Assembly: GCF_009914755.1 (NCBI RefSeq)
Contig: NC_060939.1
Direction: 5' to 3' (one strand)
Source: the human T2T-CHM13v2.0 reference genome, Homo sapiens
DNA: 64,000 bases
Positions 41,004 through 55,580 of this stretch are shown here, in pieces. How positions within the stretch are numbered: the stretch's first letter is position 1; each line of letters begins with the position of its first letter. Made by a program: the position numbers and the translations under genes. Under the pieces are notes generated by a model. The model saw only the letters and a program-made list of their open reading frames with translations, was not told the DNA's origin and ran no database searches.

Positions 41004-41364
41004 TAAAGATTCTATGATTCCTTGGACAGAAAGACTAAATCCTGGGATAATTTTAAAGAAACACAATTAGAAAATTTTCAAACACTCAACATACAGTAAC
41101 TCATATTAAGTTTACCAAGTAGAGGCACTTCGGGTATCTGCTTTAATAAAAAAAAAATAAGGACTTATATTTTGCATGTCAAGTATTTGTATGTCAAAGG
41201 ATCCTTCTAACCCATTTAAAAATTTGGTACCTTTAAGTAGCATTGCGATTCTCTGAGCAAACCTATTTAGAGTTTGCTTAGCATGCCCTTTCTTCACAGA
41301 TCTTGAAAAGGAAAGTGACCCCACAATATAACACATCTGCTGAAAGAAGTGGCTCAGGTGAGCT

Positions 41365-41830
41365 CGGGCTGTGTGAATAGTATGTCCTTTAGCTCAGGGA
41401 GTCATTCTTTCCACTGTGCTCTGTGCACGTGAGACCACTGCTGGGGCCGTGCTTTAAGAGGGACACGGTAAAGTGGATCACATCCCAGGGAAGTAAGTAG
41501 AAACCAAGTGAGGAGAAAAAAAAAAGAAGAAAATGGGAATGCCTAACTTAAAAAGGAGGGGATGGTAGAGACCTGATAGTTGTCAATTACTGGGACCAAA
41601 TCTGAAAAGACAGATTTGGTGCCATTCCGTGGGACAAATTTGGAACCGGTGAGTAGAAGCTACTGAAAGGCAGAGTTGGTCCAGTCAGTGTAGGACATTT
41701 CCAACAGTCTGGCCTCATACCTAAGTAAAGCCCTGCTTAGAAATATAATGAGCAGCTGCCTTTTCTGGATGTTAAAATTTCAGGCAAGTAAACTGCTAGT
41801 CAGCTATGTCCTTCCTACAAGGATTCCTCT
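41365..41830 (+). mobile_element. L3/CR1 LINE fragment
   Basis: ggctgtgtgaatag, ctgtgctctgtgc..agaccac, tttaagagggacac, gacctgatagttgtc, gaaaggcagagtt follow recalled CR1/L3 order. Confidence 0.65.
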
Positions 41831-41888
41831 TACTGTAGATGGGTAACATGCACACTTCCGGGAAGCTCTCAGTGAAATCTCTTCACAC

Positions 41889-42481
<593 letters not shown>

Positions 42482-43789
42482 TTAAAAAGAAATCTTTTTA
42501 TGTATTCTATGTTGGTTAATATTCTTTGGTTTGCATCAATAGTGTTCTTTCTACTCTGTCATGTGTGGAATATGATAAGTCTGCTATTGCTAATGACCTA
42601 GGCCCAGAGAACTTTGAATTTCAAAAGTTAACCTAGAATCTCAGAGATCCATGGTTTTATATTCTGACTTGGAAGCAAGTCACTGGCTATTTCCTATTCG
42701 AGAGATTTCTAATCTGGAAGGCTGAAGGAGGCTACCACTCTTCTTGGTGAACAATAGTTTGTGTTCCAAGAATAACCCTGGGTTTGAGGATAGAAGATAA
42801 GAAGATAAGGCTGGAGAGTTTAAGAGTTGTATTAGATCTCCTTTTAATCTGCAGCCTAGGCACTATGTTATTTTCTACCTATGCCTTCCAGCAGGGGTGG
42901 CTTATAACTCCAGGCAGAAGCTGAACCTCCTTGGCGACACCCCCTAGCCTGACCCCTCTTTTCTCCTTCCTTCTTTCCTTCCTTTGCCTTTCATTAGAAT
43001 TCCTATGAGCCTTTGAATGCTTAGCATGAAAATGAGCCCATTTTATTTTTGGAACCCACAGAGGCAGCCCTGAGGGGAGTTATTGTGTTGCTTTTAGCAG
43101 CTAAACAAAAAGGTGTGAAATCATTTGCTGGCTGTTCTAGAATGGGAAAAAATAAATAAAAAACTGAGAAGGAAGGTTCAGGACAGTGTGTGGCAGCTTG
43201 GACAGAACCTCGTGATGAGGGCTTCTCTGAGACTTATTAGTAACCAAAGTGACTTTGGGAATGTCTGTGCATTTCTCTCACCTTCCCAGGAAGTTACTAG
43301 AATAGCACAGGAAGCCACTGGGATTAAAAAAAAAAGATTGATTTTGCAATACTATTTCCATGTTGCCTTGAAAAAGACTTGAGGAGGGGACTAATTTGAG
43401 AAAATTCCTTAAAGCTCTTTGTAACATTTCTTATACAGGCAGCATGAGGGAGAGGAGAGAGGACTATTTTACCAAGATTTTAAGACTTTCAAACAACCAG
43501 GGAAGGCTTCTGTGGACAGGTATGTGAGTCTTTGACACAGGCCCCTAATTATTTAAACACATTAACAGTGGTAAGAGACAAAGGCCTCAAAGAACTCAAG
43601 CAACAAGAACTTCTTGTGAAACTTGAGGTTTTTGCCCCATGCTAATAACATTCATTGAAAGTCGTCTCCTGTTTTGGGGGGCTGACGGCCCCAGATACGT
43701 CTCTTCTTGGAAGAAGATTATATTTTGAAATGTCTCTTCATTAGAAGGGCAACTTCATTTTCAATTGGAATCTTTGACATGGGATTTCT

Positions 43790-44030
43790 CTTTTTAAAAA
43801 TTATGGAATATTTTTAAAACGGCAAAGTATTAACGTGTAAACATGCAGAGACATGGTAAACTCATGTCCTTATTCCCAAATTTTCACATCTGTTTTACAT
43901 TTAGACCAATCTATTTGAGCTCATTTCAAAAGAAATGAAAGGTTATGGTTGTATCCTTCACATTTCCATGCCTCCTTCTCTCTCTTCCCAAAGAGACAAA
44001 CCGTGTTCTGTGGCTGGTGTGTGTCCTCCT
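43790..44030 (-). mobile_element. L1ME-like 3' fragment
   Basis: attatggaatattttt...aactcatgtcc...cttcccaaagagacaaacc..ttctg..tggtgtgtgtc. Confidence 0.45.
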
Positions 44031-44502
44031 TCCTGGACTTTTAGGAAGTCCTGACCAAGTAGCCACTTGGCCTAATGAACATGACCTTTGGAGTATTTAG
44101 GGAGCCTGATTTCAGTGGCTGGAGGATCTCTCCTTGCGGGGGCCAATCACTGGGCCCGTCTTATGAAGGTGGCTAAGCCTTCTTTTTTTCAGTATTCAAG
44201 GCCAGAATTACAGTATAGTAAAACAATAGGAAAAGGCAATCCTCCTCAAAGTACTATTTCGTTAACTGAGTCATCTATAGAATAAATAATATTGATTTTC
44301 CCTTTATTGCCAGGAAGTATGCCATGTGCTGATATATAATGAGTCACAGATGAACAAGTAGAAATTAAAAACACTGTAATTCCAAAATCTCTCTTAGGGA
44401 AGGAACTGTCCCGGTTTACAAAAATTCCATGATAAGCTATGACCTTGAGGATATGAGTGGCAGGAATCAAGAGACTGTTGGGCGAGGAGGATCGTGGCAT
44501 GA

Positions 44503-44612
44503 GGGAGGGGGAAGGAGAGAAGGAAGGAGGAGAGGAGGAAGTAGGAATCTCAGGGTGGGAGAGAGAGAAGATGGATGAGAGTGGCAAAAAGGACAAAGGA
44601 GGGAGATGAAAG
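44503..44612. repeat. GA-rich purine tract
   Basis: Direct reading. Confidence 0.8.
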
Positions 44613-44700
44613 GGCATGTGGCAAAATGGCTATGATGAAAAAAAAATCTACAGTGGCTCAGCTGCTAGAAGATTCTAACAACAAGGTCTTGACAGATAAA

Positions 44701-44961
44701 TTTTTTTTTTTTTTTTTTTGAGGCAGAGTCTCACTCTGCTGGCTCACTGCAACCTCTGCCTCCTGGGTTCAAGCAATTCTCCTGCTTCTGCCTCCTGAAT
44801 AGCTGGGACTACAGGCATGCGCCATCACGCCTGGCTAATTTTTGTATTTTTTTGTAAAGACGGGGTTTCACCGTGTTGCCCAGGCTGGTCTCGAACTCCT
44901 GGCCTCAAGTGATCCACCCGCCTCAGCCTCCCAAAGTGCTGGGATTATAGGCATCAGCCAA
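44701..44961 (-). mobile_element. Alu with about 30-nt right-arm deletion and clipped 5' end
   Basis: ctcactctg joined directly to ctggctcactgcaacc. Confidence 0.95.
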
Positions 44962-45519
44962 GGTGACCAATTTCCTTACAGATCAATTAGAAGTCATTTG
45001 TGTTAATGTGAAGGAAGCCCATTATTTACTACCCATCCTCTTCTTCCCACTGCAGTAAAATGTTCAGTGAAATAGGGTTTTTTTTTTTTTTTAAAAAATT
45101 AAGGGGCTGATTTCGTTATATGTTATCATACATATATACAGCATATACATATACGTGCCATATACACACAGACGCATATACACACTTCTCTATGTAAAAG
45201 ATATCTGGATAAACTGAAACAAATCAGTAAAAAGCAGAAATTCCGCACCATATGTGAGCATGAAAACACAACTTCGGGGCCTCGCCCGTATGCTCTGAAA
45301 GCTAGGAATTCTCAGACACCCTGGCAAAGTCTTGACCTTCATTTGGCATTGGAAAAGTACATTGAGGGACATCTCAAAGGACAGGGAGAGTTTATTTGTC
45401 ACCAGAGTTGAGGGCCAAGCTTATTGTTTCATAGTTTTCCACTGTAAGTTATAGGGAACATGATTTGAATATGGGGGTAAACTCTGAAGTCATAATTTAT
45501 CAAACCTCTACCATAGCTG

Positions 45520-45793
45520 CCCAAATGCTCTTTTTCCTTGCTTCCAACTCGCAAACTCTTAATTCATCTTTTCAGATTCTATTTAAATGTCACCTTATCT
45601 ATGGAACCTTCCCTGATTCCCCAGGGAGGGTAATTTCCTCTCCTGAACTTCTATATTTCTCCAGATATCTCTCTATTACAGCCTGTATCACATAGGATCA
45701 CATGACTTTGAACCTTAATACAAGGTGGACCTCATGGTATCACTTTTGAATTCCCATTGCCTAGTGAGACATGTGTCACTTTTGCTGAATAAA
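45520..45793 (+). mobile_element. L2 3' fragment
   Basis: ttcagattctatttaaatgtcacct...aaccttccctgattcccc. Confidence 0.7.
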
Positions 45794-46024
45794 ACCCGGG
45801 TATGTGAACAATAAAGAGAAACTTAAAAGTGAATGCACTGCTTCAGAAAGACCAGACTTCCAAGCCCCCGAATGGTGGCACCACTGTCCCCCAATACTTT
45901 TGTTACTACTTGCCATTTGTTTTGCCCCTTGTTCCTATTTTGAATAAGAACCCATTGCTCTCCAGAAGTAAAAGCAATGTGACCATTTGTTTATTTACTC
46001 CCTGCACCAAGACCCAGGGTGATG

Positions 46025-46240
46025 AGGCTGGATTGCACATGGGGCGTGGGCATCAGAAACTGGAAAGTCTCACCCTGCCCAGCCTGTCTGGCTCGTATGC
46101 TTGGGCAAGTCACATAGCTCCTGTGGGACTCCGTTTCCTCACCCAGTGATAATGACCGGCTTCACAGGGTGGCTGCGGAGCTTAATTAAGGATTGAGAAG
46201 GAGGCAGAAAATACAAAGTGCAGCATACACGCAAATTTCC
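46025..46240 (+). mobile_element. MIR SINE
   Basis: cttgggcaagtcacata...ctccgtttcctcac...ttcacagggtggctg. Confidence 0.7.
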
Positions 46241-49200
46241 CATATTTATTTTTGGGCTCAGTAACCTGTTGGTAGGAGGTGTTTATGACCTGGAAGAGGA
46301 GTCTAGCAAGAGATGTAACTAGCTATTCTCATTCCAAAATGGTTCACTTGGTATTGACTGGGAAATGGGCCATGTCATTCTTGCTTTTGTTCGAGTACAT
46401 TCTGTGGCCCTTCCTGCTAACTTTCTGGGTATAGCTTGCCAACTCTAGGCCTCAGTTTTCTTGTATAAGGACTTTATCTATCTTTCCTTTATGCTCAGAT
46501 ATGCTGTGATGGCTTAAGCTTTTTCCTTAGTGCTTATACCCTTAAGCCGCACTCAGATAGAAGACAGAGGGAAGGCATACACGTTTGTGAGTGACCCCAT
46601 GGGGTAGTTCCCTGAGCCAGAAAAGACAGAGACTTATGAAGCCCTGCATAGGTGACACCCGAAATCTGCCTGGCTTTGCGGATCCTGGCCTTTCTTCTAA
46701 GTGCTTGGAAGACCTTGGCAGATTCAGCCAGCGTTTTGATCACTGCCAGAGCCTGCAGCTTTGTTGCTAATTGTTTGCTGAATGAATTGAGCAAAAGCAC
46801 AACTGGTCCCAAGGCAGGAGTGAGGAGGTGAGGGAAAGACAGAAAAACAAACCAGAAGAGAGGACTGGGTGACTGCCTTGGAAAATCTTATTATTACTAG
46901 TACATTTTTTTGTCTTTTAATCACAAAGGCTGTCTCTGCACTAGGACTAAAGAACCAGAACTGTTCAGAAAGAGAGAAGAGCCCAGCACCTTATACTCAG
47001 GAGATACTGAAAAACATCATATAAGGTGTTTACTGTTGAGAGAAAAGTACACATCAGAGGATGCCCATTATTGATATAGAGCCTTCTCTGTATCTGGATG
47101 AACGTGACCAGGAAGCCACCCTCAGCCTGCTGCAGCTGTTTTCAGAATCTGTGGGATCACACCCCAGAGGCAGTTGGGTCAGCCGCAGGCATCAGGTGAG
47201 GAGGAGGAAGAGTGAGACAGCTATTACAGGCTGCCGGACCAGGTGGCTGTGAAGAGGTGTGGGGACACCAAGGCTTATATAAGGAGGATGGAGAACACAG
47301 GCCAAAGGGGAGGCTGTAATGCTGACTTCGATTGGCTAACTTAATATAAGGCAGACTGAGGGAGGAGGAGGAGGGCAGGAGAGAACACGCTTTAGAAAGC
47401 ATGACGGTGTCTCATTCTGTTTGCAAGTGAGCACGTAGGTGCCTTCCAAATATGATCCTGAAGAAGGTGCAGATAAATGAAAAATTGGATATACAATAAA
47501 CCACATACCTCTTTATGTTTATATATGAACATATTAAAGAAGGTTGGCTTTAGTAGAGTATGATGCATATTCTAATTATATCAATATTGGATGCATTGTT
47601 AGTACCATTTCTCAACTTCATTTAAAAATCACTTTCAGAAAATACAAAAAATAATTCTGAAGATTTTAACCTTAGGTGCCCGTAGATCATTTTCTTAGGA
47701 AACTGCAGCTTTTAGAAATGCTGGACATACTTTATCCAAAGCGTTATAACTGGTCTTCCACAAGCCTAGGATAAAGTTTTCCACAGAAACACTACTACAG
47801 AAAAATGCCACATGCCATGGATTAAACACTGAAACCAGCTAATCACAACACATGAGAGCAAATGTAGCATGTTCAGAGAAGTACAAATATGTTGAAACAT
47901 GTCTGTCATGAAATCTGATCTTAACAATCCTCTGAAGACTAGCCTTTTTGCAAAGAGAACTTATGACTAATATACCTCACGGAGGGGGTCTCAGTTTCTA
48001 ATAGAGTTAATTTTATCTGCTTTGATGATGGAAACGAAAGACACCCTGGAAACATCCTCTTAATTCTAAGCACCATCCACTCTTTTTGAGGGGGGAGAGG
48101 GAAGCTTTCAGTAATTCCCAGTGTGTCTTATACTGAATATATAGAAGATGGTAAAGCAGGGCCAGGTAATTCCAACACTTAAACTGCTACTTAACCATCC
48201 ACATATTAAAGGAGTTTACATGGATTGTCAGCTATGAAAGAGGTTTCTCAATCTATATCCCACTCCACAGTCAACTCTCCTCACAGGTGCTCTTGGCTGT
48301 GGGGCACTCATAATCTCAGAAGCCGATAAGGCTGCCAAGTTCAAGTTGCCGTGACTCTGAACACAGTATAATATTCCCATTCCAAGCCATAGCCCGTCAC
48401 TTTTGTGGCTGTTCAGATGAGGGCCCTTCTTGGTACCACTCTGACTCACATACACTGGCTGAAGTCATGTAGCAGGTGAAGGACTTAAGTGTCACTAAGT
48501 TGGTTTCCAGTTGCTTCCAGGAAAAAAAAAAAAAATCCCCGGCATATAAGATTCTTGCTCCTGACACCTGGCACTTTCTCCTTGTGTTCATGGCTGCAGA
48601 CAGAAGATCTGGCCATTACTGTTTTGGCTTCAAGTGCTGCCTCCCACACACATATTGAGGGGCTCTGCAACAAACAGAAACCTAGGGACACTGACATTTT
48701 GGAGGCAGGGTGTAGAAAAAAACACTGTATGTGTATCTGAAAACTCTGCCATGCATGTCAGCCCTGACACGCCACTTCCTAGCTCTTCTAACGTCAGAAC
48801 ATTCTGTGTTAGGAGTTGCTAATCAGTCCAATATCATATGTAGTTTAACGGTGTTGAAACACATTTGCCAGAAAGGAGGCCAAAAGGAAGGGCCCCTCTA
48901 CTGCTATCTTCTGCAAAAGATCTGATCACTTGTGACTGCAGCCCCTCACTTTGCCCCCAGGTGTTTTCTCCCTGTGTTGTTCTTGGGCGTGTTTAATTTG
49001 GATTGAGCATCCATGGAGCTGTGTAAACATTGAGGTCCCATGAATATTGCAATATTAAACAGCAGTGGTAATTACCAATAGACCCCTCAAAAAGCAATCG
49101 AATAGCAAACTCACCTTAACTTGGCCTTTGTATCTCTGGCAACGGAAAGCTCAAAATGCAGTTCTGTCATTTTTGCACAGTCATTTACCTTGACACCCTC

Positions 49201-50119
49201 CCTCTGCCGTGGAATCAAATCTCCATGTATAAAAATAAACCTAGAAACTTTCTGTTCACACGTTTTGAGGTATGTGCACCAAATGACACACTTTGGGAGG
49301 TAAGCACGAGTCATGGTAACTGACCACATCCTTTATCTTTTCATCCTAAGACTTAGCAGAACTTTATCTTTACAATAAAATGGCCTTTAGAAGTGGGTAT
49401 CACCAACTTCAGAATGTGAACATCGTTACTGAGAAAAAGCATTTTCCTTTTAAACAGAAACCAACAGCCATGCATTAAAAGGCCTGAGGAAAAAAAAAAA
49501 AGTGGAGCTACCACAAAACAAACAAATATTCAGCTTGGTTTCAGGAAGCTTAGAGAGGATCAAACAAGGCTTTCTCTATTGAAGTTGTTCGAGAACATTT
49601 ATGGTTATTTCAGCTTCAGTTTCTATTTACGCTGCTGGCTTTTATGCCTCGACCTCAGGAGGGCATTCCAACTTCAGGTTAACTCACAAGTAGCTTCAGA
49701 AAAGTTGGCCTGAAAATCCCACCCCCAGAGTGGGGGAGGGGAAAGCACGATGGTTCACATTGGTTTCCAAACACCTTTCAAACCACTGCTTTGGCCTTGA
49801 GTCGAGGATATCTCAAAAATTGGGGAGAGAAATTCCACGGAGAGAGGGTGAGAAAGGTTTCTCATGGTGTGAACATTCATATAGGGAGACTGTCTCTTCC
49901 TGCGGGATGAAACCAGGAGAAGAGAGCACCAATTTGCGGAGCCCTCGTGAAGGTTTCCACTCAGGAGTTTGCAATTTTCTGTTGGTCCCTAGGGAGGAAG
50001 ATTTAGTACATGGTTGAATTTCCAAGCAAATTAACTTCCAGAATAAAGGAGGAACTATGCCAACCCTTTGCAAACAATATTTTTGTTTTATAAATCTATT
50101 TAGTTTTCAATTCTTCGTG

Positions 50120-50305
50120 CCATTTATCCTCATAACCATGTTTTGGTTGGTATTTTTAATCCCCTTTTGATGGATTAGGAAATTGAGGTTTAGAGATTAA
50201 GAAACAAGCCCAAAGTTATACAATAAATACATAGAAAAGCTAAGATTCAAACCCGGGTCCTTTTGCCTCTAATGTCCGAGTCCCTTCCAATACGCCACAC
50301 AGCCC
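50120..50305 (-). mobile_element. MIR SINE
   Basis: ggaaattgaggtttagagattaag...gcccaaagt...gattcaaacccgggtc. Confidence 0.78.
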
Positions 50306-51422
50306 CTGACCACTCCCTTCAGTTAACAATGCATATTGTCAGCGGTGGAAAGAGGAAGAAACTTTTGGAGTAGAATACTGAACAGTTTTGATTAGGGAGC
50401 GGATGTGAGGCAGAGGAAATATTATCACTTTGGTGGTTGTTACTATGTCCCCATCCTTTCATGGAAACATATGGAAGTTTTCTCTTAAACGTACATGTCA
50501 GAACTTGCCGGTGAAATTTAAGTGACACCCTGCATATGGTGCAAGTTCATCTCCGAGAAGCAAGAGATGAAAAAGCCGCTGTTTCCAGATGTATCAAATC
50601 TCATATAAATACCACACGTTGCTTGCCTCTGGAGAAGGTCTCAGTAAGGTTTGTCCAGATTTCAACATAGAGTATTCCTATTTACATATGTCCCGCTGCA
50701 TACATACTTAGCTATGTCAATATCCACTTGGCATACTCTGGAGCTTAGAAAAAGTTTCCTGCCGAAGCTGAACAGCTTCCCTTGATTGCTCCTTTGCAAA
50801 CCTTCATGGTTTTTTCATTGTAACAGATTTTTGATTACACAAAACATGCCACTATTCTATGGAACAAAATCAAGCTACATCCCTTTACCCAACCGCCCTT
50901 CCCCCATAACATCAATACCAAAAAGGCTTCCACTCCAGGGGGCTTCTGGGAGCATTCCCACAAACCACACAGCTTTCTGCACCCTCCTTCAGCCCCAGTC
51001 TTTTTAAAAGTTAGTACAACATGTCCATAAAGGCCACTCTCCCTTGCAGAGTTTTGAACAGCCACTTTAGCCACCTAAATCTGAGAGAGATAAATTTACA
51101 ATCCACTTTAGGTTTATGTGGGGAACCATAAATATCAGGCTTGAGCCCTGAGGGCTAGAATTTCATGGGCCGTTAAGCATGTCACCAGGTGGAAAGCTGT
51201 CAATAGCTGGATGTGAGCTACACTGAGATAACCACAGGGGCCTGGCTTAAGAAAGTGTAGCCCTGATCAAAGAGGGGTGTCCTTTTACCTTGTTCCATCA
51301 CTCCACTCACCAATTCTCCCTTCCCGCCTCTGATCTCAACCTCTCCTTCACTTCCTGTTAGGTGTCCTCTGTGCTAGGTAGCAGACTGCCTTTTTTTTTT
51401 TTTCCTCTAGAGTGAAAGGTTG

Positions 51423-51570
51423 GGTGACATATGGAAAGAACAAGAGACGTGCAGTTCTGGCAGACCTTGATTTAAATCCTCGCCCTGCTATTTAGTAGCT
51501 ATGTAATAATGCACAAGTTACTTAACCCAACTTAGCTCATTTTTCCAACTGTGAAATTATTAAAGATAAT
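51423..51570 (+). mobile_element. MIR fragment
   Basis: cagaccttgatttaaatcct..ctgctatttagtagctatgt..caagttacttaacc. Confidence 0.75.
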
Positions 51571-51591
51571 TAAAAGCATAAGAAAGGCATA

Positions 51592-51840
51592 AGTAGGGCC
51601 AATGGGTAGAGACTGTAAAAAAACAGATTGCCTACTTAGTAGACAGAAGAACTTTCTAAAAGCCAGATTGGCTCGAAAATAGAATGGGCTGCCTTGAAAA
51701 GAAATGAAGAAGTGAATATTCTCTGTGACAGGTTTTGCGCATAAGCCGGATGCAGGGTGGTAGATCCCGAGAATAGACAGGAGTTTAGACTGGCCACTGC
51801 AAAGGATTTCTAATCTTGAAATTCCATGGTTCTATGATTT
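51592..51840 (+). mobile_element. L3/CR1 3' end
   Basis: tagggccaatgggtag, gaagaactttctaa, gaatgggctgcctt, terminal attccatggttctatgatt. Confidence 0.7.
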
Positions 51841-52575
51841 GCATATGTGTCCTTCCAGAAAAGCTAAGATAAATCTTCTCAAATCCCCTATGCGGAAGAA
51901 AAGTAAATTGGCATCATATTTTTTCATTTTCATTTTCCTTCTAGAAAACTAATCCCTTCCATGTTTTCCCCCTTCCCTCAATTAGTTGGTAGAGAATCCC
52001 ATTTCCATCAAGTGCACAGAACACATTTAACCATTTTGAAACACTTAACATTTAACACAAACCACATGGCCGTAAGTTTTAATTAGTTCCCGCTATACAA
52101 ATAGGTCCATTTTTAGAAAAATCAAAATGCTCAATGCTGGTGCTTGCTCTCTTCCTCTCCATTGTTTCTCTGTTTGACTAGCTCAGTGGCACTTTCCCAT
52201 CCTGCCCTCTTGCTGTCTGAGCCCATGGCACCTGCCAATAAAAGTGATGACAGGCTTTGATGCTCACACAGGTTTGCAACAACAGAGTTCACTTCATAAT
52301 CACCAGACTTCAGCCCGTAAGCGTGATCTGAGTGACACTGGATTTTTTACCTGAGATGTTACGCTGTGGGCTTTCGTTTCTACAGGTTATGAACCACTTT
52401 GAAAGTGATTTTTTTAGCTTGCTAGGGGGAATGACCTATGAGCCTGCAGACAAATCTCAACTGATTGGGCAAAGCCCAAACCCTTATTAGAGTGCTTGAG
52501 TTTGCTGGGAAAACTGGCTGCCACATATGAGCCACAGATACAAGGTCGTCCTTTGGCATAATGTGTACAGGTGCA

Positions 52576-52578
<3 letters not shown>

Positions 52579-52609
<31 letters not shown>
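52579..52609. repeat. (GT)15 microsatellite
   Basis: Direct reading. Confidence 0.96.
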
Positions 52610-52612
<3 letters not shown>

Positions 52613-52784
52613 ATTTGAACATGTTCAGGTCATGAAGCAAATCAGAAGTACAAACCAGTGTCTTCTGTTTGGCCAAAGTGAATATCAAGGGAAACCACAG
52701 AAGACAAAGTGCACTCGTACAACAAGGAGTGATGGGAGGGCTAAGCCTAGGGCTCCCGTCCTCACCCTCATCACAAAGTGACTG

Positions 52785-52960
52785 CTATGAATGACTGCAT
52801 GTTGATTGGCCAGGCATGGAGGAAGCACATACTTATACCAACATGTTATTTATTCGGCCAGATATTATTATCTTACTTTTACGGATAAGACTCAAAAAGA
52901 TTAAATAACCTGCCCACAGCCACATTACTTGTAGGTGGTTGTGATGGAAGTTGAGCCCAT
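52785..52960 (-). mobile_element. MIR fragment
   Basis: tattattatcttacttttacggataagactcaaaaagattaaataacctgcccacagccaca. Confidence 0.7.
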
Positions 52961-53793
52961 GGTAATGGACTTTTCATGGCACTGTCTACTTTCAGAGGCT
53001 TTCTCAGCTCAGAGTCCGACTGTGTCTGCCTCTCAAGCCCTGTTTCAGCCACCTTGTCTCATTTTTTTTTTACTCTGATATCATATTTCCTACAAATAGT
53101 GGCCAAATTCTTCCTTCTCCATGTTGGCTGTCTTATTTGCCTAATGTTATGATTTGTGTTTCAGATACCCTAGGGTATCATGTTTTTCATCTTTTGAGTG
53201 TCCAAAACTACAAACAGCTTTAGGGTCAATTAAAATCTCAACAGGAGCAAGGATTCTATCAGGAGACCCTGACCTTTGCAGCCAACACTTTACATGAAGA
53301 AGCAGCTTCTCTTCTTCTCCCGTGAAGGCCGCCTCTTTAGATAGCTGGGATTTAGCATGCCTGTCATTTTAGTCAAAGGAGCTGCTGAATAAAGACTTGT
53401 TGACCAAAGCTTCTCACCGGCTAAGGACAGAGAAGTCTTATTTCTTCTCTTTGCAAATGAAGATTCCAATCTTCTCATCCTGAGACAGGGGTAATGCAAC
53501 TGTTTTGATTTGTACCCTAAAATGTTCCATGGTACACTGAACTGTTTTCAAGGTAGAGTTTTAGAAGAGGCCGATTTATTTTTGACCTTGACACAATTTG
53601 AATTTAACAAACATTTTTCCCATATTTCACTTTACACATTTGTTTGCACTGAAACTGCATGACTAGAATAAAGCATTCAAAACAAAGCAGGCAAGCAAGC
53701 AAGCAAACAGAAACCCATCCCACTTCTCCCTTGCTATGCAACTAGGCAAGTAGACCCGAGGCTCTCTGAGATTTGAAATGCTGTGTTCCTTAA

Positions 53794-54297
53794 CGCAGTA
53801 AACTGAGTAATGTGTCCCCACCCCCACTCCCCAATGTCCACATCTTAATTCCCGGAACCTACAAATATGTTATTTTAGGCAAAAGGGACTTTGCAGCTGT
53901 GATTAAATTAAGGATCTGGAGATGGGGAGATTATTCTGGATTATCTGGGTGGGCTCAATGTAATCACAGGGTCCTTATAAGAAGTAGACAAGAGGGTGAA
54001 ACACAGAAGGTGATGTGACCATGGAAGCAGAGGGACAGAAGTAGACTGGACGATGCTACGTCGCTGACTTTGGAGACAGAGGAAGGAGCCATGAGACAAG
54101 GAATCCAGGTAGCCTCTAAAACTGGAAGTCGGGAAGCAGATATTCCCCTAGAGCCTCCTGAAGGAACTGGCTGAGTGTTAGCTCAATAAAACTGGGTTTG
54201 TACTTCTGATCTCTGGAACTTTAAGAGAATAGTTTTGCATTGTTTTAAGTCCCGAGTTTGTGGTATTTTGTTATAAAAGCCATAGGAAACGAATACA
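53794..54297 (+). mobile_element. MLT1D solo LTR (ERVL-MaLR)
   Basis: ggcaaaagggactttgcag..gtgattaaattaaggatc..gagatggggagattattctggattatctgggtggg; end ataggaaacgaataca. Confidence 0.92.
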
Positions 54298-54390
54298 CTT
54301 GTTTACCACTTACTGCATCTCTTATGTCTAGTATTGGGCTTGGTATATGAGATGGACTCGTAAAGTAATATTTGTTGGATGCACTGAAAA
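54298..54390 (+). mobile_element. L2 3' tail fragment
   Basis: gtctagtattgggcttggtatatg...aatatttgttggatg. Confidence 0.5.
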
Positions 54391-54443
54391 TATAAGGGAA
54401 AGATGTCATGAGAATGGAATGTACCAAATTCATGGCAACTTTT

Positions 54444-54499
54444 TAAATTTTTATTTATTTATTTATTTATTTTTGAGACAGAGTCTCACTCTGTCGCCC
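54444..54499 (-). mobile_element. Extremely 5'-truncated Alu (26-nt body plus TTTA tail)
   Basis: tgagacagagtctcactctgtcgccc flanked by TSD tcatgg(c/a)aactttt. Confidence 0.9.
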
Positions 54500-55417
54500 T
54501 CATGGAAACTTTTCTGATTTAAAAAATTCTCTCTTTCTTAGGATGAAAGAAACATTCCTTTAAGGCTCAGAAGGGTGTACAGTTACCCAGATATCCATGG
54601 CAAGGCCCCAGCGGTTACAGAGTTGTGTTTGAGCCCTTCAGGCCTAGCAAGCTCTTTCCTGGGAGCAAGTAAAGGAGACATAGGCCATGATAAACAGCAC
54701 TTAGCGGCCAATTGCTTTAAGAATACCTGTTTAGTGTTTCCAGGGACTCAAAGCTCCAGGGGGACAAGCAGGAAGGAGAGGCAGTGTCAATTACTGTACA
54801 ATACAATTAGCAAATACCAGCACCTTGAGGAATGTTTGGTATACAGTAGGCAGTCAGGAAGCAAATGCTAGAATGAATGTCATTCAGAGCGTGTGACCCC
54901 TTTCTCCTAAAGCTTCCTACAGTAGAAGTCAGTCTCCTACTACTTCTACCTTCTCTGTCTCTTTGGATGTTCATTTTCGTCGGATTTTACTCATACCTGC
55001 TGAAGAAGGGCAAAGGGGAGTACCTTTCAACCTCAGACACAGACACATGTATTTGTCAACAGGCCACACATATTCTGGGCACAGGGACTGCAGACCATAG
55101 CAACGTACCTCACCTTTTCTGAGACCCTCATCCTTGTTCAGTATTTGTAAGCCTTTTAATTTAAAGAAAAATAAATTAAGCCATGCTAGCTGATTAAAGA
55201 ATAATTTCAAGGAATTTAACACTTAGTGATTATATTAGCGATGTACAATAACTTCTCACTTTGGATTCTTTTTGATGTATTATGGAGGTAAAAATCAATA
55301 TTTTCTACCAAACTGGAGAAATTTAGATGATCTATTTTTGAGATATAGGTTCAGAGAAAAATTGATGATAAAGACTGGAATAACTCTAGTTCCCCCAAGT
55401 CAACATCTGATTGGCCC

Positions 55418-55580
55418 TTAGAATCAGAATTTAGGAAGAGAGAGGTTTGGGAGACCACGCAGTCCTGCTTCCTCACTTCGCAGATACGGAAACCAGGCCT
55501 AGCTGGAATTTCCCCAGATCACACAGCCAGGAAACAGCAGGCTCAAAACTAGGGCCTTCTGAGTCCCCAGTGCAGCATGC
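55418..55580 (-). mobile_element. MIR3/MIR fragment
   Basis: cctcacttcgcagatacggaaaccaggcc...cccagatcacacagcc. Confidence 0.6.

Noticed and set aside
51735-51755. gcgcataagccggatgc resembling a bacterial REP
   Set aside because: Short chance match inside an L3/CR1 relic.
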